Shown here: positions 38,610 to 54,089 of the stretch, piece after piece | How positions within the stretch are numbered: position 1 is the first letter of the stretch | Layout of the letters: every line of letters starts with the position of its first letter | From: Eledone cirrhosa | Taxonomy: Eukaryota | Assembly: GCA_964016885.1 (NCBI GenBank) | Contig: OZ024752.1 | Location: 5,642,001 to 5,706,000 of the forward strand | Length of the DNA stretch: 64,000 nt | Direction: 5' to 3' | The notes under the pieces: model-generated | The model's input: the letters and a program-made list of their open reading frames with translations, nothing else | Told to the model about the DNA's origin: nothing | Databases searched by the model: none | Made by a program: the position numbers and the translations under genes

Positions 38610-41600
38610 GACCATGCTGTAAAATGGAGGGGTAGAGAGGGCCCTTGAGTCTAGTAAGACATCCTCTCTAGTGCTGGTGGCACAAATAAAAGCACCCAGT
38701 CCATGCTGTAAAGTGGCGCTGGTGTTAGGAAGGGCATCCAACCAGTGTATCAATGCCAAAAAGCTTATCAGCACAGCAACAAAACAGCATAGAAAAATAT
38801 GAAGACGTCGCATCTCAGAGTTGCAACACTTAATGTTGGCACTCTCAGAGGTAGGTCTGCTGAAATAGCGGAGATGCTGGAGAGAAGGCAGGTGGATGTG
38901 TGCTGCGTGCAAGAGGTGAGATGGAGGGGTGCCTCTGCGAGACTAGTCGTAGGCAAGCGTCTTAGCTATAAGCTATTCTGGGTAGGTAAGGATGATGGGT
39001 TAGGGGGAGTAGGCATTTTCCTGGCTGAGAAATGGATCAATAAGACAATAGAGGTAGTTCGAGTTAGTAATCGAATAATTAAGCTTAGATTAGTTGTAGG
39101 TAGGAGACTACTGACAATCATCTCGGTCTATGCTCCCCAAGCAGGCCTAGGCAAAGATGAGAAAGACTGCTTTTATGAGCAACTTTTGCAAACAACCACA
39201 ATGACAGAGGACGGAGACATCGTTATGCTAGCAGGAGACTTCAATGGTCATGTTGGACAGCTCCAGGATGGTTACACTGGGGTACATGGTGGGCACGGTT
39301 ACGGTTCAAGAAATGAAGAAGGAGTGAGACTTCTTGAATTTTGTGATGCAAGTACATTGACTATTTGCAACACAAACTTCCAGAAACCTGCCAATCACCT
39401 AATAACCTACAAATCTGGTGAGCACATAAGCCAGATTGACTTCCTGCTAGTTAGGCAGCGGGACAGGCAGATAGTGTCTAATACCAAGGCATACCCTGGG
39501 GAAGAATGTACCCCACAGCATAGGTTAGTTGTTAGTGATATCTCAGTAAGCAAGAGATGGAATGAGACATATAGGAAGGTGTGGAGAAGAAAGGTCTGGA
39601 AGCTAAAAGACCTTTCACTAAAATTCAAATTTAGGAAAGCCCTTCAAGATGTATATGACGAAAAAGAAGACGATTTAGAGACGTATGACATAGATAATAA
39701 CTGGAAGTTCTTACGTGACAACTTGCTGAAGGCTACTGATGAAACCTGTGGCTGGAGCAGAGCTCCAACCAGACAGAGAGTGACCTGGTGGTGGAACAGC
39801 AGTGTAGATAAGGCTATTAGAGACAAAAGACTAGCATGGAAGGCTTGGAATAAGGGTGGGAGTAGGGAAGAATATACAGCCACTAAGAGAGAAGCTAGAC
39901 GTCAGGTGTACTTAGCACGCAGGGAGGCAGAGAGTAGGAGGTTTGCCAATGTTCTGCGACGGGAAGATCAGAGGCGTGCGGTGTTCCACATTGCAAGGCA
40001 GTGTGTCAATGCAAACCAGGATGTTGTTGGTGATAAATGTGTCCGGGATGATGCCGGTGTACTTAGTGTCACGAATGACCAGAAAAAGGAGGCCTGGAAA
40101 TGTCATTATGAGAGACTGATGAATGTGGAGAACGAATGGGAGAGAGAGAAATTACCCTTGGTAGATCCGACAGAGGGACCAGCTATTGAGATTGACGAAT
40201 ATAGGGTCCAAGAGGCGATTAGGGAAATGAAAAATGGTAAGGCGGCCGGACCATCGGGAATAGTTGCTGAGATGCTGAAGGCATCAGGGGACGTAGGCAC
40301 TAAACTGGTTGCACGCATAATCAATCAGGCTATATATGGTGGTGTCATACCCAAAGACTGGTGCAGCAGTATTCTCATAAATTGCTACAAAGGTAAAGGG
40401 GATGCTTTGGAGAGGAGCAATTATAGGGGTATAAAACTGATAGATCAGGTTATGAAAGTGGCAGAAAGGATTCTAGCACAACTAATTAGAGAAAGGGTCA
40501 AACTAGATGAGATGCAGTTTGGTTTTGTGCCTGGGAAGAGTACAACAGATGCCCTCTTCTTGGTGAGACAAATGCAAGAGAGGTTCTTAGAGAAGAATAA
40601 GCCACTATACTTAGCCTTTGTTGACCTAGAGAAGGCCTTTGATAGGGTACCCCGATCTGTCATCTGGTGGTCCCTAAGGAAGCTGGGTGTTGAGGAATGG
40701 CTTGTAAGGACAGTGCAAACTTTGTACAGAGGTACTCTCAGTAAAGTCAGGGTAGGAATGGAGTTTAGTGAGGAATTCCAGATACAAGTAGGAGTACATC
40801 AGGGTTCGGTCCTCAGCCCGCTCTTGTTCATTATAGTCCTCCAAGCCATAACAGAGGAGTTTAAGACTGGCTGTCCATGGGAACTTCTCTATGCTGACGA
40901 TCTGGCTCTTATGGCAGAATCAGTAGAGGAGCTAGAGAATAAATTCCGGCTATGGAAACAGCAGTTGGAGCAAGAGGACTGAGAGTAAATCTAGCTAAGA
41001 CAAAAGTGTTGATGAGTAGAAAAGAGGACAAAAACCCTGATTCCGTCAGGGAAATGGCCATGTTCGATATGCAGAAAAGGAACTGGCATAAATTCTATAA
41101 AATGCACACAATGTAGGTCCTGGGTACACAAGAGATGTAGCGGATAGCAGGCAAACTAACAGGTAGGGAGAAATATGTATGCAGTAGATGTACAGGGAAA
41201 TTAGACAGTAGAAGTCGCACTGATAGACACATTTTTCAAATGCGAGAGGGCGCTATAGAAGTGGTGGATAGCTTCCGGTACCTAGGAGATCAGATTAGCA
41301 TGGGAGGAGGGTGTTCCGAGGCCATAGTATCTAGAATAAGGACGGGTTGGAAGAAGTTTAGGGAGCTGCTTCCTCTGTTGACGAAGAAGGGTTTCTCCCT
41401 GCGTACGAAAGGCCGGTTGTATGATGCCTGTGTGAGGAGCGCGATGCTGCATGGTAGTGAGACATGGGCAGCTACCGCAGAAGATATGCGACGGCTGGAG
41501 AGAAATGAGGCAAGCATGCTCCGTTGGATGTGCAGTGTAAATGTGCGTGAACGACCCAGCTTAAATGTGTTGAGAGAGAAACTGTGTCTGAGAGGGATAG

Positions 41601-41885
41601 AATGTAGTGTACGGGAGAGGAGACTGAGGTGGTATGGACATGTGATGCGCATGGAGGATGACCGATGGGTGAAGAAGTGCCAGGAAATGCCAGTTGAAGG
41701 AAGACGTGGTAGAGGTAGACCACGAAAAACATGGGCGGAGGTGGTGAGAACAGACCTCAGATCATTGAAGCTCACGGTGGAGATGACGAGGGACCGTGAC
41801 GAGTGGAGAGATGCTGTGCTGAATAAGACCCGTCCCACCCTTGCAAGCAGGAAAAGCGGACGTAAAATGATGATGATGATGATGA
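38607..41885 (+). mobile_element. RTE-clade LINE family A, essentially full length
   Basis: 5'UTR, ATG 38799, APE (TLNVGTL, VQEVRW, SVYAPQ, AGDFNGHVG, QIDF), RT (YADD), PHD-like finger, stop 41863-41865, (ATG)n tail; near-identical to 11023-13611. Confidence 0.97.
38799..41865 (+). CDS. APE endonuclease-reverse transcriptase polyprotein (~1022 aa after correcting four 1-bp indels)
   Basis: Track ORFs 38799-40982 and 41240-41917 join once the indels at ~40969, ~41032, ~41143 and ~41851 are corrected against the copy at 11046-13611. Confidence 0.85.
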
Positions 41886-44595
<2,710 letters not shown>

Positions 44596-45853
44596 TCATC
44601 ATCATCATCATCATCATCGTCGTTTAATGTCCATATTCCACGCTTGCATGGGTTTGGACGGGAGTTTTCCCACTTGAGGCAAGAGTGGTTGTCTTGCTCG
44701 CATAAGACTGTCTGGCTGGTTTTCTACGGCTGGATGCCCTTCCTAACCCCAACCACATTTACAGTGTGGAACTGGGAGGTTTTTACCGTGTTACCTACAC
44801 GGCCACATTACAGCGTGGACTGTGTGTTTTTTTGTCGTGACATCTGCATGACCTCATTTGGACGAGCTGGATGTTGTGACACCAACATAACTTTACATTG
44901 AAAGGGGTGGTGTGGATGGGGTGTGGGTAGTGGGACGGGGTGTATTTTGTTGGAGGTGCCTACTGACTGTAGTAGCTTTCACTCTGTACTTAGGTAAGGC
45001 GGGTCTTCTCTATTACTGTGTAGCGCCAAAGCTCTCGGTCCAGTGACATCGTCTTGGAGAGGTGTAACTGTGTGAGGTCGGAATTTATCAAGTCGTCCCA
45101 GGTTTTTCTGGGTCTGCCTACTCTGTGGCTACCGTCTATTTTTATTGCCCTGCACTTTTTTATACAGCTGTCGTCTATCACGCGCATCACGTGACCATAC
45201 CAACGTAGTCTTCTCTCGAGTAAACAACATCTGATCCCTCTTATTTCTAATTTCTCCCTTAGTTCGTTTATGCTTTGCCGTTCACGTATATTACTATTAC
45301 ACATCCAGCGGAACATGCAAGCTTCGTTTCTCTCCAGTCTGCGTATATCCTCTGCACACAATGCCCAGGTCTCACTGCCATGTAACATTGCTGTTCGTAT
45401 GAAGGCATCATACAGCCTGCCTTTCATTTTTAGAGAGAACCCTTTAGCGGCCAATAGTGGTATAAGCTCTCTGAACTTTTTTCATCCCGTTCTGACTCTA
45501 GCTACTGTACTTTCAGAGCACCCTCTCCCACTGCTGATTTTATCACCCAGGTAACGGAAGCTGTCCACTATTTCTATAGAACCATCTGTGCAATGGAATG
45601 AGTTAGTATTCTGTGGGCACTTGCTGCTACTTATTGCACCAGAGCACCGGCCACATATAAAATCTATATTCTTAGTTAGCTTACCTGTGATCCCACTACA
45701 TCTTTTATGTACCCATATTTTACATTTGGGACATAAAATGGAGTTTCTACCTACTCCTTTCCTACACACTGAGCATGGCCATTTCCCAGATGGGACCGGT
45801 GCCCTATTTTCCTTCCTACAAACTAGAACTTTAGTCTTAGACAAGTTAACTTT
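44596..45853 (-). mobile_element. RTE-clade LINE family B, 5'-truncated, with one nonsense codon and a ~390-bp SINE-like 3'UTR
   Basis: [48 protein letters not shown]; TGA at 45484-45482 where family A has W; stop 44990; (ATG)n tail. Confidence 0.92.
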
Positions 45854-46600
45854 ATATAATATATAACTTTATATAATATATAATATAGATATATATATAA
45901 TATATAATATAGATATATATATATAATATATAATATAGATATATATATAATATAGATATATATATAATATATAATATAGATATATATATAATATAGATAT
46001 AGATATATAATATATAATATAGATATATAATATAGATATATAATATATAATATAGATATAGATATATAATATAGATATATATATAATATATAATATAGAT
46101 ATATATATAATATAGATATATATAATATAGATATATATATAATATAGATATATATATAATATATATAATATAGATATATATATAATATATATAATATATA
46201 TATATAATATATATAATATATATATATATATAATATATATAATATAGATATATATATAATATATATAATATATAAAATATATATATATATATAATATATA
46301 AAATATATATATATATAATATATAAAATATATATATATATAATATATAAAATATATATATATATAATATAGATATATATATAATATATATAATATATATA
46401 TATATATATAATATATAATATATATATATATATATAATATATATATAATATATAATATATATATAATATATATATAATATATATATACATATATATAATA
46501 TATAATATATATATAATATATATATAATATATAATATATATATAATATATATATAATATATATATATATAATATATATATATAATATAAATAATATAAAT
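45854..46600. repeat. (TA)n array with TAA and TAGA interruptions
   Basis: Direct reading. Confidence 0.95.
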
Positions 46601-47199
46601 ATAGGACAAGGTAGATTATGTGGTAATAAATGACTATAATGAAAGATTATCTTTAAAAACATGATGGACAAACATGTAGCAATGCAAAAGTTTTTATCAT
46701 TTATAACAACAGTGAAATTGTTTTATAAAACCAGAAAACCCAGAGTCTATAAAGGGATATCATATTGTTGTATTCTCTGTGTAGTGGAGATGGGCTCTGC
46801 TAGGTTTTAAAACTTTCCTTAGAAACACCATATGCAATACGATGCTCCTACGACTCTAATTTCAATTTTTAATGTGACACAGTCATAGTGCCGTTTTTTG
46901 CTGTCCCAGAATGTTGTGCTAATGTAGTTTCATGTGGTACAGGATATTAAGAGTTGATAAGTTACATAATCTGCTACTGTCTTCTGTCATTCCCACCATT
47001 TTATTTTAGCATCAATACAGAGTGTACTGGGTGCATTTTCTTTTAGCATCAATATTACCACTTTTCACAGCCTACCTCGTGTACCTCATGGGAATGAGAT
47101 TTGAGAAAGAGTTAGGTTGCTGTCTAGTATGGCTAGGAACCACATATATAGGTCTACTATTTCTTGACTGTTGTTGGACCTTCATTGGTTCCTATGATA

Positions 47200-48232
47200 A
47201 GTGTGCTAGGTATTCGACTAATGGAACAGACTACTCATGAAATTAATGTGCAAGTGGCTGAGCATTTCATAGATATATGTACCCTTAATGTAATTCTCAG
47301 GGAGATTCAGTTCAACTCTTGATAGCAGAGAGAATGGATGTTAAGTGATGTCGATGATGTTTCAGTGTGACAGTCTGGCCCTTTGAATTACAGGCGCAAT
47401 TAATTTTTACCAGCCCAGTGTACTGAAGCAATGTGAAATGAAGTGTCTTGTTCAGGGACACAATGTGAAATGAAGTGTCTTGTTCAGGGACACAATGTAA
47501 AATGAAGTGTCTTGTTCAGGGACACAATGTAAAATGAAGTGTCTTGTTCAAGGACACAATGTGAAATGAAGTGTCTTGTTCAAGGACACAATGTGAAATG
47601 AAGTGTCTTGTTCAGGGACACAATGTAAAATGAAGTGTCTTGTTCAAGGACACAATGTGAAATGAAGTGTCTTGTTCAAGGACACAATGTGAAATGAAGT
47701 GTCTTGTTCAGGGACACAATGTGAAATGAAGTGTCTTGTTCAAGGACACAATGTAAAATGAAGTGTCTTGTTCAGGGACACAATGTAAAATGAAGTGTCT
47801 TATTCAAGGACACAATGTGAAATGAAGTGTCTTGTTCAAGGACACAATGTGAAATGAAGTGTCTTGTTCAAGGACACAATGTGAAATGAAGTGTCTTGTT
47901 CAAGGACACAATGTGAAATGAAGTGTCTTGTTCAAGGACACAATGTGAAATGAAGTGTCTTGTTCAGGGACACAATGTGGAATGAAGTGTCTTGTTCAAG
48001 GACACAATGTGAAATGAAGTGTCTTGTTCAAGGACACAATGTGAAATGAAGTGTCTTGTTCAAGGACACAATGTGAAATGAAGTGTCTTGTTCAAGGACA
48101 CAATGTGAAATGAAGTGTCTTGTTCAAGGACACAATGTGAAATGAAGTGTCTTGTTCAAGGACACAATGAACCTCTGGGAATCAAACTGATGACCTTACA
48201 ATTGTGATCCAAACATTCTAACCAGTAAACAC
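47200..48232 (-). mobile_element. Old tRNA-derived SINE interrupted by an internal tandem expansion
   Basis: Degenerate tRNA-like head 48232-48170; the central AAGTGTCTTG..CAAGGACACAA segment is amplified; body continues to ~47200 (boundary approximate). Confidence 0.65.
47429..48168. repeat. 32-bp minisatellite x23 (CAATGTGAAATGAAGTGTCTTGTTCARGGACA)
   Basis: Period 32 (47429 to 47461); unit matches the single-copy SINE segments at 42635-42670 and 55381-55415. Confidence 0.95.
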
Positions 48233-48483
48233 CTTCATAAGACTTGTGACTACAAAGAATCAGAATTGGTATTCTTTGTCAAGAGTTCAAAGAATACAGT
48301 GCGAAAAAAGAAAAAAAAAGAAAAGAAAAAAGAAATTCTTTCCATTTTTACCGAAAGAATTGAAAGAAAAAACCAGGAATGTTGAAAAATCTGTTAAAAT
48401 CAAATGAAATCAATGTAGAAATATTACAACAATAAGGTTCGCATTAAAGTTTCATGAGAAATATTTTCTATGTCTCAACTAGA

Positions 48484-48530
48484 ATGGTATAATGGTATAA
48501 TGGTATAATGGTATAATGGTATAATGGTAT
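48484..48530. repeat. (AATGGTAT)n, ~6 copies
   Basis: Direct reading. Confidence 0.9.
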
Positions 48531-48939
48531 CAATAAATAGTATAAAGGTTTGGGAAGAAGGTGTTAGATGTGGCAGGGATGGGAGGTATAGGAAGTTCAA
48601 GGGAGGGGCAGCAAAGGTGCTGCATACACATACATAGACTATATATATACATGCACACATACACACATATATATATATATTATATAAATATATATATATA
48701 TATACACACACACACATATATATATTATATATTAAATATATATATATATACATACACACAGTTATAAATATATTATATATATATATACACACACACACAT
48801 ATATATAAAACATATATGTATATATATGTGTGCGTGTATATATATATATAGATGTTAAGGTAGTGGGGGTGGTAGTACTAGGAATGAAATAATATAACTG
48901 TAATGAGGAGGAAGTGGCTGACTTCTCAGTGCTGTGATG

Positions 48940-49142
48940 ATAATAATAATAATTGTTTCTACTTTTGGCACAAGGCCAGCAATTACCCCAGTGTATTACT
49001 GGTGCTTTATTTTATTGACCCCGTAAAGATGAAAGGCAAAGTGAACTTCGGCGGGATTTGAACTCAGACTGCAAAGGGCCATAACTCTATGCTGCAAAAC
49101 ATGGTGCCTGACGCTCTACCGATACTGGCAATCCACTGCCCT
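48940..49142 (-). mobile_element. SINE family 1, full length
   Basis: Reverse complement of the 30188 element, with a (TTA)n tail. Confidence 0.88.
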
Positions 49143-49144
49143 GA

Positions 49145-50235
49145 ATGATTTCATTTATTGGCCACAAGGGCCAGCATATAGGGGACAATACAAAGACAGG
49201 GACAGTTGGGGTTTACAATAATAATAATAATTGTTTCCTTATTAACACAAGGGTTTACATAAAGGAAACATTAAGGAGGGTATAGGATGGTAGAAATATG
49301 GGTTTCTGTGTGTATAAAAGGAAACAATAACAAAAGATGTAACAAAAAAATAGAAACAAAAACAAAATCCCCACTAGGGGGAGATCACTGAGGGTTACTC
49401 GTGGAGAAAGCCCACAAAAGCTACGGTCACCGCTAGGGCATGCACCCTCTCCCAGTTGTCCTCCTTCAATACTACAGGCACATACTCAAGGCAGGCCCAT
49501 TCACATGGGCCATTCTTGCCTCTCTCACCCACCTTTCAACAAACTGGATGGAAGGCAGCACTTCTCTCTCCACCCTGATTTTCCTTTTCAGCTGAAACTT
49601 GAAAAAGTTAATGAGAGCGTCGCTGAAGAGGTAAGTGCCCATCTTAAAGCCTTTCATATGCATCCACCATATGACCTCGTTTACCATGGTCACCAGGAAG
49701 ATAAAGACTGCCTGCCCTTCCTGGTTAAAGGGGGGCAGCGGGGGCCAATCTTCATGATGGACTCAACAGATAGCCAGATCCATCCTACATGCGACAGCAG
49801 ATGTTTGACATAAACCCGCAAGTCAGCGATACTGGAACACTGGACGAGTGCCTGCAGGACGGTCTTGTCACCCTGGGCACATCTTGGACAGGCCCGGCTG
49901 ACAGCACTTCCATGCCTGTAAAGATTTTCTCAAACTGGTAACACTCCCCAGTAAGACTGCCAGGCCAGGGATTTTTGGAAGTTATCCATATGCCCTGGAC
50001 TGGAACTCCTCTGGAAGATAATAGCTAGTTGGCTTTCATCGACACCCAGAGTTTCCCCAAGGACGTTGTTGCTCTTGCCCTCCACTAACCCTCTATAGAA
50101 AGCCAAGATGGAGTTGATCGTAATGCCAGATTGGCAAAGGGCAGTGAACACTTGAGGACATTCCAGTTTGAAAGTGGTTCCTCTCGGTGACCACTTGACC
50201 CAGGGTAGCAGCTTCGCCATGGAGACAAACGTTCC
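49145..50235 (-). mobile_element. Tx1/L1-clade LINE 3' fragment, decayed
   Basis: MDNFQKSLAWQ, RACPRCAQGDKTVLQALVQC (degenerate C-terminal zinc knuckle), KRKIRVEREVL..FVERW; 3'UTR containing AATAAA. Confidence 0.72.
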
Positions 50236-50390
50236 TATAATAATTGTTTCTACTTTTGGCACAAGGCCAGCAATTACCCAGTACATTACTGGTACTTTAT
50301 TTTATCGACCCCGTAAGGATGAAAGGCAAGGTAAACCTCAGCGGGATTTGAACTCAGAATGGCAAGGGCCGTAACTCTATGCTGCAAAAT
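50236..50390 (-). mobile_element. SINE family 1
   Basis: Same body as 48940-49100. Confidence 0.88.
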
Positions 50391-50624
50391 AGTAATTGGA
50401 ATGATGATAACAGGTATGTATTATCATTGTTGCTGCCTCCACCAGTAAAAGTGTGTAACACCACCACCACTACTACCACCACCACTACTACCATTACCAC
50501 CACTGATGATAATGATAATAATAATAATAAGGATGATAATAATCAAAAAGATTAAAAAAACAAAACAACAGTAGCGAAATTGCATGTGATATGATGACAT
50601 GACAGCTACTGAAATATAGAGAGA

Positions 50625-51145
50625 TATCTATCTATCTATCTATCTATCTATCTAGAGAGAGAGAGAGTGAGAGAAAGAGCGTGAGTGAGTGAAAGAGCGT
50701 GAGTGAGAGAGAGTGAGTGAGTGAGAGAGAGAGAGAGAGTGAGTGAGAGAGAGAGAGAGAGTGAGTGAGAGAGAGAGAGTGGGAGAGAGAGAGAGTAGGA
50801 GAGAGAGAGAGAGTAGGAGAGAGAGAGAGAGTGGGAGAGTGGGAGAGAGAGAGTGAGAGAGAGAGAGTGGGAGAGAGAGAGTGGGAGAGAGAGGGAGAGA
50901 GAGGGAGAGTGGGAGAGAGAGAGAGTGGGAGAGAGAGAGGGGGAGTGAGGGAGGGAGAGAGAGAGGGGGGAGTGAGGGAGAAAGAGAGAGTGAGAGAGAA
51001 AGAGAGAGAGTGAGAGAGAGTGACAGCTATTGAAATATCGATAGCTAGGTAGAGAGATATAGATCTATATCTCTCTACCTATATATATATATGTGTGTGT
51101 ATATGTATATATAAATATATATATATATAAAGAGAGAGAGAGTGG

Positions 51146-51177
<32 letters not shown>

Positions 51178-51690
51178 CAGCTATTGAACTGTGGGTAAAT
51201 ATAGATGAGAGAAGGAGAGGAAGAAATATAGATAGACTGACAGTTAAATAGATAGGTTGGTAAAAGGTTTAACTGGTTTATTGAGAAAGAGAAAGTGTTA
51301 AGTGAATATTGAGATGGTAAGAGCCAGAGGCAATCATGATTTTCACACCATTGTGTGTTGTTGTGGTGTAAAACTGTGAGGAGAGAGAAATAGGGTGTAT
51401 ACTGAGAGAGAGAGGGGGTATGCTTCAACAGAAAGAGAGGTATATACTGAGAGAGAAAGAGAAAGAGGAAGAGAGAGAGATTCATCAACAGAATGAAAGA
51501 GAAAGAGAAAATATACCTAGAGAGGGAGAGGGGAGATTTACCTACAGAGAGAAATAAAGAAAAAGAGAGAAAAGGGAATATACAGAGAGAGAGAGAGAGA
51601 GGAATATACCAACAAAGAGAGAGAGAAATATACCAACAAAGAGAAAGAGAGAGAAATATACCAACAAAGAGAAAGAGAGAGAGATAGTAA
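50625..51690. repeat. (TATC)n followed by GA-rich low-complexity repeats
   Basis: Direct reading. Confidence 0.9.
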
Positions 51691-52276
51691 ATAATTTAAG
51701 AAAAGCACACTTTAAAGATTATTTTTGGAACATTCCAACAGGAACTGGAAGAAAAATGAATAAAAGATTTGGTTTTGTTTTATATTCTTAACCTTCAATA
51801 ATAATTTAACCGAAAATATCTAAAACATGTTTGTTTATTCAAATGTCTATACTGTCTTTACTACTGGACAGATTGTTGTGGAAATTTGCAATATTAAAGT
51901 AAAGACGTTAATATTTAAAGTAGTCATAATGTGTTATAATTTTGAAGAATGTCTTTCTAATGTGTTTGTTAATTCCAATGTTCATAGAATCTTTACTAGT
52001 GGACAGATTGTTGTGAAAAATTGCAGTAATACTGTGAAGATGTCAATGTTTAATGTGATGCCAGTGATAGAGTTGTTTTCTACTATAATGCCTTGCTAAT
52101 GTAGTGTCATGCTGTAAATACTTCAGTTTTTAATGTGATAGAATCTTAGTGTTGTTTTGTACTTTTCAAGAATGTTTTACTAAAGTAGTTTCATGTGGTA
52201 CAAGACATTAAGAGTTAAACCTAAAAACCCATTGAGTTGGTATAATATCTTCACTACATAATGAATGATTTGGTGC

Positions 52277-54007
52277 AACACTTCCTTAACACTTAGAACA
52301 TGACTATATATAACACTTGTTTGAAACTTAGCCAGACCAGGACAACATACAACACTTCCTTAACACTTAGCCAGGCCAGGACAACATACAACACTTCCTT
52401 AACACTTAGCCAGACCAAGACAACACACAACACTTCCTTAACACTTAGCCAGGCCAGAACAACATACAACACTTTCTTAACACTTAGCCATAGCCAGACC
52501 AGGACAACATACAACACTTAGCCAGACCAGCACAACAGACAACACTTAGCCAGACCAGGACAACAGACAATACTTAGCCAGACCAGCACAACAGACAACA
52601 CTTAGCCAGACCAGCACAACAGACAACACTTCCTTAACACTTAGCCAGACCAGCACAACAGACAACACTTAGCCAGACCAGGACAACATACAACACTTAG
52701 CCAGACCAGCACAACAGACAACACTTAGCCAGACCAGCACAACAGACAACACTTCCTTAACACTTAGCCAGACCAGCACAACATACAATACTTAGCCAGA
52801 CCAGCACAACAGACAACACTTAGCCAGACCAGCACAACAGACAACACTTCCTTAACACTTAGCCAGAACAGGACAACATACAACACTTCCTTAACACTTA
52901 GCCAGACCAGCACAACAGACAACACTTCCTTAACACTTAGCCAGACCAGCACAACAGACAATACTTAGCCAGACCAGCACAACAGACAACACTTCCTTAA
53001 CACTTAGCCAGACCAGGACAACATACAATACTTAGCCAGACCAGCACAACAGACAACACTTAGCCAGACCAGCACAACAGACAACACTTAGCCAGACCAG
53101 CACAACAGACAACACTTCCTTAACACTTAGCCAGGCCAGGACAACATACAACACTTCCTTAACACTTAGCCAGACCAGGACAACATACAATACTTAGCCA
53201 GACCAGCACAACAGACAACACTTCCTTAACACTTAGCCAGACCAGCACAACAGACAACACTTCCTTAACACTTAGCCAGACCAGGACAACATACAATACT
53301 TAGCCAGACCAGCACAACAGACAACACTTAGCCAGACCAGCACAACAGACAACACTTCCTTAACACTTAGCCAGAACAGGATAACATACAACACTTCCTT
53401 AACACTTAGCCAGACCAGGACAACAGACAACACTTAGCCAGACCAGCACAACAGACAACACTTCCTTAACACTTAGCCAGAACAGGACAACATACAACAC
53501 TTCCTTAACACTTAGCCAGACCAGGACAACAGACAACACTTAGCCAGACCAGCACAACAGACAACACTTCCTTAACACTTAGCCAGAACAGGACAACATA
53601 CAACACTTCCTTAACACTTAGCCAGACCAGGACAACATACAACACTTAGCCAGACCAGCACAACAGACAACACTTCCTTAACACTTAGCCAGACCAGCAC
53701 AACAGACAACACTTCCTTAACACTTAGCCAGACCAGCACAACAGACAACACTTCCTTAACACTTAGCCAGACCAGCACAACAGACAACACTTCCTTAACA
53801 CTTAGCCAGACCAGGACAACATACAATACTTAGCCAGACCAGCACAACAGACAACACTTAGCCAGACCAGCACAACAGACAATACTTCCTTAACACTTAG
53901 CCAGACCAGGACAACATACACCACTTCCTTAACACTTAGCCAGACTAGGACAACACACAACACTTTCTTTACACTTAGCCAAACTAGGACAACATACAAC
54001 ACTTCCT
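52277..54007. repeat. Compound minisatellite of 28-bp and 39-bp units
   Basis: ACACTTAGCCAGACCAGSACAACAKACA with or without an extra ACACTTCCTTA. Confidence 0.95.
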
Positions 54008-54089
54008 CTTATGTATGGTTTGAGGGATATGCCATTTCTAACCATATACAGACAGCTTATCTTGTATGAAAATCTACTAGTACTAGTTC

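Noticed and set aside
50480-50625. Acceptor-like CTGAAATATAGAGAGA identical to the 36705 acceptor
   Set aside because: Followed by low-complexity sequence and a stop; no donor site or protein similarity.
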